Under the pieces are notes generated by a model. It did no database searches. It was given only the letters and a program-made list of their open reading frames with translations, and had not been told where the DNA came from. The position numbers were made by a program, and so were the translations under genes. Source: Takakia lepidozioides (lineage: Eukaryota; Plantae; Bryophyta). Taken from it: DNA of 64,000 nt. Every line of letters begins with the position of its first letter. Within the stretch, counting starts at the first letter, position 1. Positions 26,301-39,234 of the stretch are shown here, piece after piece. The DNA is taken from positions 49,104,001-49,168,000 of the forward strand of contig CM060731.1 in NCBI GenBank assembly GCA_030704615.1. The letters run 5' to 3'.

Positions 26301-29300
26301 CATGCCCAGCAGCTCCAGCAGCTCAGTGCAGGAGTCCAAGCCAATGGGAGTACACTTCAGTCTGCAACTAATCCATTAGCATCACTACAGCAGAATGTCC
26401 CTCTCCAGCAGAGTGTTGGTGGGGCCTCTTTGCAAGCAACTGGTGTGCCTTCAAGTGGTTCAATTCCATCCAATGGTCCTACCTCCTTAGGGCAGAGTCA
26501 ACTGAGTGTGGTTAGTCCGTTTCTCTCTGTTTCTTGTGGTGAAATGCACAACCTAGTTGACTTACAGTCATAGTATGTCCTTCTGCTCTTGTGGTGGCAT
26601 TTGCGGCTTGGTTCACTTAGTTGATTACCATGTCCTGCCTTCTTCCCTGCCTCCTCAAAGCAGAATCGTATGCCAGTGGGCAGTCAAAACGTTCCAACTG
26701 TTTTTGTAGCTATAAGAGCTGGACTCTTGTATGCAACCAACTGCAAGTCGGTACACAATAGGATTGTCAGCTAAAGATGTATTAGGATCCCTTTGCGACT
26801 TCAAGTATGCAAGGATAGAAGTTTCACACAGCTAGACAGAAAAGAGGAGAAAAGAGGCGGACATCAGAAAGCACAACATTCTTTCCTTAGTCCAAAGGAA
26901 AGAGAGGAGTTAAAGATAAGGAGACCCGAGAGAAATGGTCACAAAGAGAATTCAAATTGGCCTAAATCAAGATGGAATGCCTGGTGAAGTTAAGCTACCA
27001 AACCACAGAGACACAAAAGTTGTTCCAACTTTCCTCCACCATCATGTGGTTTTCCCAGGTTCCTGCTCTCCTTCCTCCATCATGATGGATAACCAAGTCT
27101 GCAAGAAAGCATGGGAATGTCTACTGCATTATCAACCAGCTTGGAAGGTTTTGCTTCATGAACTATTGAACTAAGAACCACTGAACTAGAATCTTGCTCT
27201 CTAGCTCTATAGGATCCTTGCAGCAAAGATCGAACCAGTGGTCGCCTGCACTGGAGTGGCATTTTTTCAATCCAAAGATAGGGTCGCTAGTGTTGTCGCT
27301 TGGCACTCGCAGCCCCATTCGTGCTTGTTTGCTGGTGCCCTAACTCCAGTTGTTGATAATTTGCTGTTAATGTCAAACCAAAAGGTGTTCATGGTTTGCA
27401 GCAAGGTGGCGGAGTCAATTCCCTGCAGGGAAGTGGGGTTCACTCTTTGCAACCCAGTGGAATCAACCCACTTCAACAAAGTGGTGTGAATGCACTACAG
27501 CAAGGTGGTGTGAGTGCACTCCAGCAGAATGGAGTCAATGCTGCGCAACAGAATGGGGTCAATGCTCTCCAGCAAAGCGGAGCGAATCCAATGCTACAAA
27601 GTGGGCTCAATGTGCATCAACAAGGTGGGGTCGCTGGGTTGCAGCAAGGTGGTGTTAATCCCCTCCAAAATCAAGGTGGGAGCATCCAGCAGCAAATGCT
27701 GAAGCAGCAGCAGGAGCAGCACCAACAGCTTATGCAGGCACAGCAGGCCCAACAGCAACGCCTCTTCCAAAATCAAGAGCTTGTTAAACTGGTTGGTTTG
27801 GATGCCAATGCCTAAATGAGCAAGTATCATTGCCAATTTGAAATGTATAAACTTTGTAGACAGTTGACTATTCGACTGTTGCCGTTTGTTCTACCCAAGA
27901 AATTCGAGGAGTGAATCTGTTTGCTGTGTTGTTTTGCAAATGAATGTCCTGTCACATCATTTCCTTATGTATGTAGTACATAGTGGCCCTCATGAGCTTA
28001 AGCTGCTATGGAACAGCTACCAGCTTAATGTGAGCTTGTGAGTTGCCATTTCCTTTGTCTGCCTGTTGAAGACACAAAATTTTCTTTTGACGATTGGTGG
28101 GGGAACAGCAATTGCAGCAACAGCAAATACAGCAGCAGCAACTGTTGCAACAGCAGCAGCAGCGGCAGATGCAGCAGCAGCTTCAAAAGAATCAGGCTGC
28201 CGCCCAGCTCCAAACATTTCATGCTCAGCAACAGGTTAACCCTGAAACATGTAACTTTGAGAGTAAGCTCGCTTTGCTTAGCATTGCAGCTGTAGCCTAA
28301 ATTCTGTCATCTGCTTTCTCTTTTTTTGTTTGATCCCCACACTTTTAAGGAATTGTTCTCTTTTCTTCATCTGTTATATTGAGCTAAACATTACCTGTTG
28401 TAGCATGACTTGATAGCTTCTGCTACTTGGTTTTCAAAACTCTGTTATGATTTGCTTGAATTCTCTTCTTGTGAACCCTTAAGGGCCCAGGAGACCCATT
28501 TCGGGTTTTGAAGAAGTAGATTTTCCTGCGTACTTTTTGCAGTTCTTAATTTGTTTAATGGTTCCAACTACAATTCAACTTATGACAAGGTGGCCCACCC
28601 CCTAGTGCATTCTCTGACCTGTAGATTTGTTTGTAAACGTAGGGGTCATGAAATTTGTGCATGCAGGAGGGGCCATGCATAGTTGACTGTCTACGTGGCG
28701 AGGCATAAGTGGCCATTTGGCCCCACTCAGGGGCCCACATTGTAAATTCCACCCTTGGATCAGAATGTTTCCTACCAAGCTCATTATTGTAGTGCATTCC
28801 ACACCTTCACCGCCTGGATTTACTGAAACATCTCATTATGAAGGAATCAATGCTGGCATTGGCTCACATTGAATTGCCGAGTTATGGAGGTCATTTTGAC
28901 TCCACCTCAAACACATACAAGGATCCTAATTAGAAAAAAGATTGTTTGACTTGAAATTATCATGGCTAGAATACCATACCACATTTCTATGTGGGAGGCG
29001 GGAGCAGGAAAAATCAATCCGCCACTCTAACAGCTTGGTCAAAGCTCAATTTCATACTTTGCAAAACCCGAAAACGAAAACCTCCCCCGACTCAAACACT
29101 ATAGGTAGGTGTGTAGCCTCAGTTAACTGGCAAGAGGTTACTTCTTTGGGGGGTGAAATGTGCCTAATGGCGGGCCCTTAAGGGTTAATGAAGTTCTCAG
29201 TTTGTTTGATGAGCTGTCCCTAATACCGATGGTTAACAAGTGCAGCAGCAACAGCATCAACAACAGTTGTCAGACTTCAATTCAGACTTGAAGGTGGATG

Positions 29301-32056
29301 CTCTCAAGGCCAAGCAAGCCGCTGTTCAGAAGGTTACATGTTTCCCACATTCTGTCAATTTTCTGTAGAAATTATTTTTTGTTTGAAGTATAGGTGGCAT
29401 TGGGGTTTTAGTAGCAGCTTACACTTACGTTGTGTTCGACAAAGCCTCTCTGGACCTCTCACTCGTAGTCCTTTGCCCCTAATAATGAATTCTCAGCCTC
29501 TAACAATTAAATGCAGGATGAAAAGTTTTGTTTGCTTCACTTGCAGAACACAATCTGAGATAAGGAGGTACGTAGGTGTTTATTCTAGAGATTCACATTT
29601 GTTCTCAACAGCACCCTAGTTATCAACAGTCTCACACTGGGTTTTCCTCCATTGATCATGTGGGACAGGTCTTAATGCAGCAGCAGCAAATTAAACAGCG
29701 GCAGCTTTACCAGCAGCAGCTGCAGCAGCAACAGCTAAAAGTGGGTTCCCCACAGTTGGTATCCTCTCCCCAGTTGATGCAGGCCCCGTCGCCCCAAATT
29801 TCACAGCAGCTGTCTCCTCAGCCCGAACAAAGCTTCACAATGCAAATGCCAAAGGTTAGCACTCAGTTTTAATCACCTCATGCTGCCACAAATATTTTCC
29901 CATTTGGAAAATAGACTAGCAATTTTTTTCTTTCCTGCAAATACTATAGTGGGAGCATTTAAGTCCCTCCCCAGAATGCTCACCTTCTTGTCGAAGTGAA
30001 TGCAGACTGCGACACCCCCATTCCGAACACCCTCCCCTTCCACTCTTCCAGCAACCCCACCCCCGCAAGAGGAAGTCGACATGAAGGGTCCTACACCTTC
30101 CATGTCCTCTATAGCAACTCCAGGGACCATTCAAGCTCTGCAGGCGGCCATGACTGCATCAAGCAACACGCATTCTGGGGCTATCACTACTCCAGGAACT
30201 GCAGTGTCCCCACTGATGATTGACTTTTCACCAAGCCCTGCACAGATGGTAGCCACACAAGATGTGATGCAGGCATTTTCCCCAGGGACTCCTCTCCTGG
30301 ACAAATCCAACTCATCTGAACCGCCACTTGAGCGCTTGACGAGAAAGGTTGGCGTGCCTCTTTCTGTTCACTTGTGAATTCCTCTAATAAAATTTGTCGA
30401 TCCCCAGCCAATGCTGGGTTGTCTTGTGCCTTTCTACCACTTGGAAAAAGCTAGGCTGTTGTGGTAGAGCCAGAAGAGCATTCATTTTTTGAACCCATCA
30501 ACACCTAGTCAGAATGAAAGAAAGTTCATGCTCTTAATGGATGTATTTTGTGCTCTTGGAATTTGGTAGTAAAAATAGTATATGGATCAACTTGTCATAC
30601 GTCATGTCATGTGCACCAGGACTTTTAGTGGTGATTACTATTTATAGAGAAAAGCCATCTGACCTACAGGTGGAGAGTTACCTAACAAACCACATCATTT
30701 TCTATGCTGCAGATTGACTCTATGTCACCAAAAGCCCTTTGTGCAGCAGTTGGTGAAATGAATGCCGTGCTTAGTTGTTCTGACAAGCTGGCAGCGTCAG
30801 CTCCAGGTAGTGGATCACGGGCAGCAGTTGGTGAGGATTTGGCAGCCGTCACGAAGTCACGACTGCATGCACGGGCACTTGCCACCCAAGACAACAGCAA
30901 CACCAAAAAGAGGCGCCGTGTGGATTCCATAGCCCTCAACATTGTGTCCAGGGATGGGACAATCTCCAACACCCTTCAGAGGTCCTTTGATGCCGTGGAA
31001 ATGGGAACTGCCATGGTGTCCCATGTTAAGAGCCCTCGAATAAAGGTACCCTAATGTGACACTACTATGTCAGGGTCTCCTGCTGTAGGAAACACATGAT
31101 TATGCCTGTCCCTTCATGTCCAAATGAAGGAGCTCAGGAGGCCTTCAGCTTCCGGATGGTGGCCTATCTGTGGTTCCTGGGTATATGAGTGGCTGTATCA
31201 GGCTAAATGGTAGATGACATTGAGAGCTGCGAGTGTTCAATAGACTATCTTATTCCTTTTGAGGGCTAATGGTATTATCTTGGTTGAAGGTGGCTGCAAG
31301 TTTGGAAGAGGAAATAAGAGAGATCAACAGCCGCTTGATTGACACAGTTATTGAGGTTAGTGCGGAGGGCACTGAGGAAGCAGCAGCAGGAGGGAAGGAG
31401 GGAGTCGTGGTGACATGCTGTTACCAGGGGAATGCAATCAGTCCTAATGTATCATTCCTTCAGGCAAAAGAGTACTTCATGGTATGCCCAATCTGTGTTG
31501 GGGCTGGGTTGGTTGGCATGTATCTGTGTCTCCCTTGATCTCTTTGTGGAAAGACCTTCCAACCACTGCTCATAACTTACATTCGTACATGATGGCAGGT
31601 GCGAATGGCGCCACTCTTTTTGATAGTCCCGCCTAATTATCCTGACTGTTCACCAAATGTTTGGGGTGAACATACACCCCGTGACGCCAGGTACCTGTCA
31701 CGCAATGTCTTACAAGACTTGACCCATCTGTTGGAGTAGCTAAAAAATGTCTCAACCCAAGGATATTTGTAACATGGTGGAGCTTAATGTGATGTAATCC
31801 CCAGTTGAAATATTAACATGCTTTGTCTACAAATTGGTCGTTTATGCTGTACAGCCATCCTGTTGCCATAGCAACACGCGAGGAGTTTGCGCGGGCTGTG
31901 AGAATTTTACCAAGCCCAGTGTCCTTGGAATCCATTGCCAGATGTTGGGATGAGTGTGCACGCAATGCACTTACTGAGGTTGCAACATACCATGGAGGTG
32001 GCAATATAAGCACAAGCATCGGCGTATGGGAGTCATCTTGTGTGACTGTACCATAG
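20314..32056 (+). CDS. MED15: Mediator of RNA polymerase II transcription subunit 15a-like (KIX domain, Q-rich region, conserved C-terminal domain); ~21 exons
   Basis: Exons 20314-20375, 20800-20911, 21110-21224, 21510-21892, 22156-22269, 22624-22737, 22942-23080, 23571-23675, 23904-23971, 24354-24428, 25221-25556, then approximately 26205-26510, 27402-27791, 28109-28233, 29247-29333, 29611/29669-29853, 30007-30347, 30713-31045, 31290-31481, 31599-31691, 31855-32056. Motifs: KIX RFEEKIYQAATDQQDYLRKISLKML; GSRAAVGEDLAAVTKSRL; LEEEIREINSRLIDTVI; PVSLESIARCWDECAR...GGGNISTSIGVWE. Confidence 0.93.
28476..29184. mobile_element. piggyBac-like MITE in a MED15 intron (709 bp)
   Basis: 13-bp TIR CCCTTAAGGGCCC. 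Flanks are TGAA (left) and TTAA (right). Confidence 0.75.
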
Positions 32057-32884
32057 AAAGATGTCTTTGCTCATCCAGCTTGAGCCAAAGCTTTGAGGTC
32101 CCTCTATTCACGGGTGGCCTCCTGCTACAGTGCCTTTGGAGAGTTCTCTGTTGTGTATGTCTCTTACCCTATTGCCAGACTTGTCGAGCCATGCCAATGG
32201 CGCTTATGTAGTGAGGGTGATAAATTCACATTTCACAACCAACACTACCGATGGGTGTACAATATCCTTATCAACCAGACTTGTACCTACATCTGGTTTT
32301 GTGCAAAGTAAGACGAGGGAGGGTCATCCTGGCAGCATGCAAGCGCTCTCAATTGTTGCATGAGTTGTGCAGAGCATGCAACAGAGTCACTATTTTTGTT
32401 GTCTGAAGCTAACTATTACTTGTAGTTACAATCCCAGCTAAGACATTGATCCATTCCTATGATGCTTCAAGTGTTATACTATTTGATAGAGTACAAGCAG
32501 CTTGATCTTACAAAAAGCAAGTGATTTTATCATACTTATTTCTTCTTTCAAATAAATTGCACAGCGACAACCACTCGCATGGCAGCCTTGTTTCCTAACA
32601 TCATTGAGCACAACAAACATTAATCTTTTCCAAGTAACCTTGTCATGATCATGGAGGTCATATGTTTGATGTTTATTCTTGAGTGATATGGAAGCATGCT
32701 GGAGGTGCATCATTCTGAATTGTGCCGGTATCAACCAATTTGATGACGCCGAGCTGCAAATGTGACAGCGACGTGTGACTCTTTGTAGAATCGAGATCTG
32801 GAAAACTAACAATTTCTGTGTGGCCCTCTTATATGCATACTGTAAAACCTCACCTGTCACTCTTTCTCTTTGAGCACTTGAGCA

Positions 32885-33066
32885 GGTAGCCCAGTGGTTG
32901 GGTGTTTGTGCCTTGCCTGTGCATAACCTAGGTGATCCCGGGTTCAATCCTTCAACATGTGCCTTCAGACCGTCCATTGGGCCCTCGATGGCCTGTGTGT
33001 TGAGCAGTAGGCTCTGTAAATTCACTGGACGTTAAAGAATCTTTATCTTTATCTTATCTTATCTTT
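32885..33066 (+). mobile_element. tRNA-derived SINE with (TATCT)n tail
   Basis: A-box TAGCCCAGTGG, B-box GGTTCAATCC (32941-32950), 3' tail tctttatctttatcttatcttatcttt. Confidence 0.7.
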
Positions 33067-35522
33067 CACCTTGTGGTTCATGTAATCTCTCTTTTGGAAA
33101 TGGTGACAAATTCTTTTCTTGGTCAACCTGTAATGTAGTCCAATGACTCTTTGTATGTCTTTCCCCATTCAGCATGAATTCTTGGAAACTCGGAACTAAT
33201 TGATGCCGCAACTGATCATCGTTGCACAGAGGTAAATAACCAGACTCAATGCCCAGAATTACAAGCATCACATGTTCAATGGTAATAAGTGAAACCTTGA
33301 ACCAAATATTAATCTGCAATGTTATGTGCTGAAACAATGTTGTTTGTTATGTTTCCCACTGTCAGAATCTCTAGTTATGAAGTTATAGATTGACTTACCA
33401 AGATGTCGATGAGCATTCAATGCATTAGTAGCTAATGAAGCATTTCTTCACAATAGGCTTTCAATTTAGAGGGCCAAGTATCACTATGAGTTTGTGACTC
33501 ACTTTCTCCAACTAAAAAAATACCAAAGAAAAGAAACACCTCAAAACAAGTTAGTAGCTGTGAATATATTTGCTTCTTCATTCATCCAGCAGGATGGTAC
33601 TCTCTCTGTTATTTGTCTGTGGGGGGGTCGTCCCTCACCAGGTGGTGTGCTTGCTTTATGGCCCTGTGGGGTTTTATTTTTCCCCTCATCAGATAAAATA
33701 ATATTGGGGCTTCATCCCCTTCATCAAAAAAAAAAAACTATTGATAGATTAATCAACCTTATTGTATTTGGGGTCTCCATGTAATTAACAGGCGCATGAG
33801 TTAAAAGTAAGGCATTGGAGTAGAATCACATATTTTATTGCCTACACTAGTGTGGACTATCAATATTGAACTCACCTAAAGTGTGAGAGCGAAGGGGAGA
33901 GCTTGCCTGTACCAGCTTGAGCCTTGGAGCACTGCGTACAACAAAGAGGGGCATTTTTAGGGTTTCAAAGGAAATGAAAGGTAGCTGGAGCCCAGAAGGG
34001 CCCATGGGCATTGGGTGTCTATTTTGTAATTTTACTCTTAAGAACATAAATGTTTTCTCTTCTCATGTGCCTAATTCTAAAAAAATTATAGCATGAAGAT
34101 GCCTAATTTGAGAAATTGTTTTCAAATCGTGCCTAATTTTGTGATTGATTGATAATATTAGCGCAAAAATGCCTAAACGGTTGTCCAGGGACGGTATGTC
34201 AGTTCGAACTTGCAAGTAGCATCAGTAGTAATAAGTAGAAGTCCATGATCCATGCAACCAAACACTCCCTGGTAAGCCCATTTCTGACTTTTCCAGATAG
34301 AAAAAATTCCCAAATATTCTAAAGTACATGTGCAGAAAATATTCCAAAGTGAAACGTCAATGTTCTCGGCGTTGCAAAGCACCGTTGATCCATGCGATAA
34401 AAGGGAGAATGTACTGAGTAAAAAGAGGGAAAAAAGAAGAAAACAATGGTGTTCACACTTGAACGTTGACACTTGACACCTATACTACAGATTCATACTT
34501 ACGAGAACCAATTCCCAAATTCAATGCACATGAAGAATATTTTGGCAAATTCCTTGCATGCATGAAAACCAGATATGGCAAATGATCTTTAACAAGCCTG
34601 GTCCCTTTCTTTGAAAAAATAAAAGAGGTCTGCTGGAATCTCTGAGATCTCGCAAGAATCCGCGAGGTCCCGCTAGAATCTCCCGAAATTTTCTTTCATT
34701 CGGGTATGATGTTGATTTCAACGAGCCAACGATCTGGATCAAGATCACCAAGATCGATCTCTTCCCACGAGACAAGCCCTCTTCTTCTCTCGAGAGGATG
34801 TCTGGGGAGGACTATTTAAACACAAAGCAGACAAGTCATAAGCACATTGCAACAGTTCCTGGAGCTTGGTGCTTCTAGTTTTAAGTCACTTGTATCAACC
34901 CTCAATTGCGCTGTAGAGCTTAGATTCTTGCAACGGCCATTGACTCCTGCTGTTACTGATTTGTTCTTCCGTAGTGTACTGGTGATTGGAAAATTGCTCT
35001 GGATGGACGACTTCTTCTCTCCATGACTGTTTTCCGTGGCCTCTGCTTGGTGGTACTGTATCTAGACAGTCCTAATATAAGAGCTCCAGATGCAGCACAG
35101 CTTGCAGTGGAGATGGGTTTTGGGTTCTTGGTTTGATGGGGGTGCTGGCATAGACGTAGTCCAATAGTCCTGGCAATGATCTGATCAGCTACACGACGTT
35201 ATGTTGATTATTTTCCTGCCGGATGGATCAAGGGATGAGGCCTGTTGCTCATGAGCTTAGAATGAATCTGAGCTCTTACTCACCGTCCTGGGTTGTGAGG
35301 GAGGGTCTGGATGCAGGCTGCCAATCGGGTATTTATTTTCTCTCTTTTATTTATGCATTCTAGAGATTTTTCTATTTAAGCGCTACACTGCACTTGCGAA
35401 ATACTACAAGTTTGTTTTAAACCTCATAGTGGTGTTGGAAAACTAGGTGTTATTGAGCTCAATATTATAAAAATGCTGGAAATGAATAATGTCACATATC
35501 CTTTGTGCATACAGCACCACAT

Positions 35523-35944
35523 TGTAACAAGGTAGAATCTAGAAGGTTCTAGATAGAGGATGAAAGTTCCCTAGAAGTTTCCAGAATAACTAGGAAGGAT
35601 CCTAAGAAGTTTGACTTGAGGCTCTCAAGTCAAACTTCTAAGATATTTATATTATGGAGAGTAGGTCAAATCTTTGATAAAGTCATATTGTAGAGAATAC
35701 GTCAAACCTACGAAGGTTGACTTTAGCAAGTATTTTTAATAAAGTCGTATTGTGGAGAATATGTCAAACCTAGGAAGGTTGACTTTAGGAAGCTTTGACT
35801 TGAGGCTCTCAAGTCAAACCTTTAAAATAATCATTTTGTGAAGAGTATATAAACCTGCAATGAAAGCCTAGAAGACATCGAGTTGTTTTGGGAAAAAGTT
35901 GAGAAGTACTTCTATTCTAGTTAGTATAGATCCTGGGTGTTACA
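35523..35944 (+). repeat. Gypsy 5' LTR (422 bp)
   Basis: tgtaacaaggtag...gggtgttaca. About 13 substitutions and one 15-bp indel versus the 3' LTR by manual count. Confidence 0.95.
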
Positions 35945-36024
35945 ATGGTATCAGAGCCTAGTCTTTCTTAAAGTTGGGAGTGAATACCTTCTTTAGGAGG
36001 ATTCGATTAAGATGTTTCTTTTTA

Positions 36025-37055
36025 GCAGAGCCAACTGCAACAAAATTTCCATACCGGGAGTATGTTGGCAGTTGCATTTTGCTGCTCAAGGAACCCGAGT
36101 GGACCTCTCCTACTCTGTAAGTCATGCAGCCAAGTACTCTGAGTCTCCAAAGCTTTCCCATGTTGGTGGTGTCAAACGCATTCTAAAATATTTACGTGGA
36201 TTTCCGGCTTTGCGGATCACATACACTGCACAGTCTGCGTTTCAAAATCAGCTTGTGGCATATCGTGATGCCGATTATGCTGGTGACATGGATGACCGCA
36301 AAAGCAGATCTGGGTATGTTTTAATGCTCAATGGAGGCCCGGTGGCATGGGGCAGCCGCAAACAATCTTGCACAGCTACCAGCACCACTAAAGCCGAGTA
36401 CATAACTGCTCATCTTGCCACCCAGGAACTCATTTGGATGTGCCGCCTCTTGCATGATTTACGCTACACACAAACTAGCCCTACAGTTTTGTACAGCGAC
36501 AATCAAGCCGCAATTCGTTTGGTACGAAATCCAGAGTTCCATAAACGCACCAAACACATTGACGTGAAGTATCGAAAGATCATAGAAGTTGAAAAGAGTG
36601 GCGATATTCTTATCAAGTATGTTTCTACTGCTAACAATGTGGCTCATATCCTCACCAAAGCCCTCCCTCGTGACAAGTTCTGCCGCTTCAAGACTCTACT
36701 CGGTCTCACTTCCACCGTTGTTGCTGATAGTGTTGATAGTTCAACCTCATCCCGAGTGGGAGTGTTGTAAAAATATACCTATAGCGCATATACGGTATGA
36801 GGTTGGCAGTGTACCGACCTATAGTTGGGTAGCTTCTTGGCATAGCAAAGATAACGATGAGCTTAGCTGAGCTCGTGCTGAGAGTTCTGATTACTGTGCT
36901 TAGGTGGTGCAGTGGGTGTGAGAGAAAGTGAGCGATAGCAGTGTACACTTGGATTGTGAAGCTATGTGTATACTTTCACAATCAGTGTTAATACAATCTC
37001 TTTGCTATATCGTTGTGCATAATTCTTGGAGTCAATTCACTGCACTACTTCAACA
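36025..37055 (+). mobile_element. 3' part of Copia: RT C-terminus, RNase H, PPT and 3' LTR (36763-37055)
   Basis: FPYREYVGS, TRVDLSYSVS, YRDADYAGDMDDRKSRSGY, WGSRKQSCTATSTTKAEY, DNQAAI, HKRTKHIDVKY. LTR TGTTG..CAACA is followed by AGAAC. Confidence 0.92.
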
Positions 37056-38119
37056 AGAACCGAGAGTCAACCTATTGGAGGTTGCTATACAGGAAGCCAC
37101 CAGTCACTAAAATGCATGGTGAGTGTCACCTAATATGTGAACAAGTGGAATAAAGGGACCTGATGTGACATCGATATCTGCTCCACCCACGCCGATAGTA
37201 ACAGTTGCCTCTATGAACTTCTCTGCACCCTTCACCACCTTGTCTTTCCCTCTTGCAGCCACTTTGATCTTACCTGCCATACCTGGCCCAACCCCATCAT
37301 AGCAAACAACTACTCATGCTGGCTCTGGCTCTCAAACCACTAGTGAGACACGCTACTAGTGCATGTGCCAGCATGTTGAAGACACAAGTTACAAGCAACT
37401 AGTCAGTTGCTTCTCACCGGACCGACATATTAGTAGAAGTATCTAGAAATTGGAAAGTAACTAGAACTAGAACTATCAGCTAGAACTATCTAGAAAGCCC
37501 ACGCTAGAAAGTCAATCCTGGACTCATTTCATTAATTAATACAGGTGGCCTTCCTACATTGGCCCCCTCTTTTAACTCTTGGACCACAGTATCTCCTGGA
37601 CCACTCTAGAATCAGCGCCGAATGAAACTGCTCTATATATTATCACTGCAACTTTGTGATATTAATTTGAGGGGGTCAAGTGATATACCATATAGCAATC
37701 TCAACGATCTTCCCTTATTCTGCATACCTTGGTGCACTTGATTGAACGTCATGAGCAGGAAATATAGCAAACTTCGGACAACATATTGTTCAAGTAGTAG
37801 TCATCAAGCAGTATGTCGAAAAATCCCTGCAGTATCCTATGAGATGCATTTCTTCAGAACTGCTCTCGTTTAGGATTTTAGCCTCATTATAGCATACATG
37901 ATCTGTGTGCATGATGTGAAGTATGGATATCCGCTAATAACTCTAACGTGTGGACTACATGTGAGTCAAGCTTCTGTCAACTGATACTTAGCCAGAGATC
38001 AGGAAGCTTGATATTACTATTAGCCAAATTATCTGCTAATTAAGTATCTGCAAAACTCGACCTGCAAGCCTTGTATGGAATATCCAGTATGTTGTGCAAA
38101 CTCTGTTTAAGAGACTTTT

Positions 38120-39080
38120 AATACCCACACCTGGGTTGATGGAAAACAGACCACAAGAATTCTCAAGGATGTTGTCCATGTGCCCAACCTTGGCAGAAAC
38201 TTATTCTCTACCTCTGGAGGAGCCCAGAAAGGAATTGATACCCTACATACCAAAGGAGGATGTTGTCTTATGGCTGACGGAGAAGTCGTGATGAATGAAG
38301 TGGAAGAGTATGGAATCTATAGACTGTCAATGACGGTGGTATCATCGTTGGAGTCCTCAGGAAACACCGCATTCTCCGCCAGTATAATTGGTGTACAGAG
38401 CAAAAAGGGCTGCACTCAGAGCTTGGACGTTTGGCACAAAAGACTTGGTCATGTCCATCATGGAATGATCAAGCATATGGAGAATAGAGACATGGTTGAT
38501 GGATTGTTTATTTTAGGGCGAATGGAGGATCAACCCTTTTGCGTGGGTTGTGCTTATGGAAAAAGCCACAGAGAGCCTTTTCCTTGGAATGAACACAAGG
38601 AGAAGATCACAGAGATTGGAGATTTAGTGCATTGTGATCTGTGTGGCCCAATCAATGTGATCAGCATTGGTGGCGCAAGATATTTCGCATTATTTAAGGA
38701 TGATCACAGCGGGTTTAGGGTCATTTTTACATCACACATAAAACAGCCACACTGGATTGTCTACGTCGTTTCTATGGACAAATGCAACGTGAGACAGGCA
38801 TGACCATCAAGATCCTCCGATCAGATAAAGAAACAAAATTTTGCAATGGAAAATTTGAAGAGTTCATGAGCCAGAAAGATATCAAGCATGAGCTCACTTG
38901 TGTTTACTCCCTTTGAGCAGAATGGGGTGGCGGAAAGAGACAACCGTACTATTATTGAGTCTGTGCGCAACATGATACACGCTAGCAATATTCACACATG
39001 GTTTTGGGGGGAGGCTGCGCACACTGCAGTGTATTTGCTCAATCGAACCGGAAGCCGTTTGCTGGACAACGTCACACCAT
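38120..39080 (+). mobile_element. Copia protease end, GAG-pre-integrase and integrase core fragment
   Basis: THTWVDGKQTTRILKDVVHVPNLGRNLFS, WHKRLGH, CVGCAYGK, LVHCDLCGP, TPFEQNGVAERDNRTIIESVR, FWGEAAHTAVYLLNR. Confidence 0.9.
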
Positions 39081-39234
39081 CATGAGTTCAAACGTCCCTT
39101 TTGTATTACCAATAGTCACGTACGGGATGGTTTGGGATTGCACTATTTATATACTGTATTATGATAAGAGAATAGAGATAGTATACATTAATTTTAGAAG
39201 ACAACCATCACGAAAGAAGGAGTAGTGGAGCAAG

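Noticed and set aside
32885-32960. Functional tRNA gene
   Set aside because: A and B boxes are present, but there is no convincing cloverleaf and it is followed by a SINE body and simple-repeat tail.
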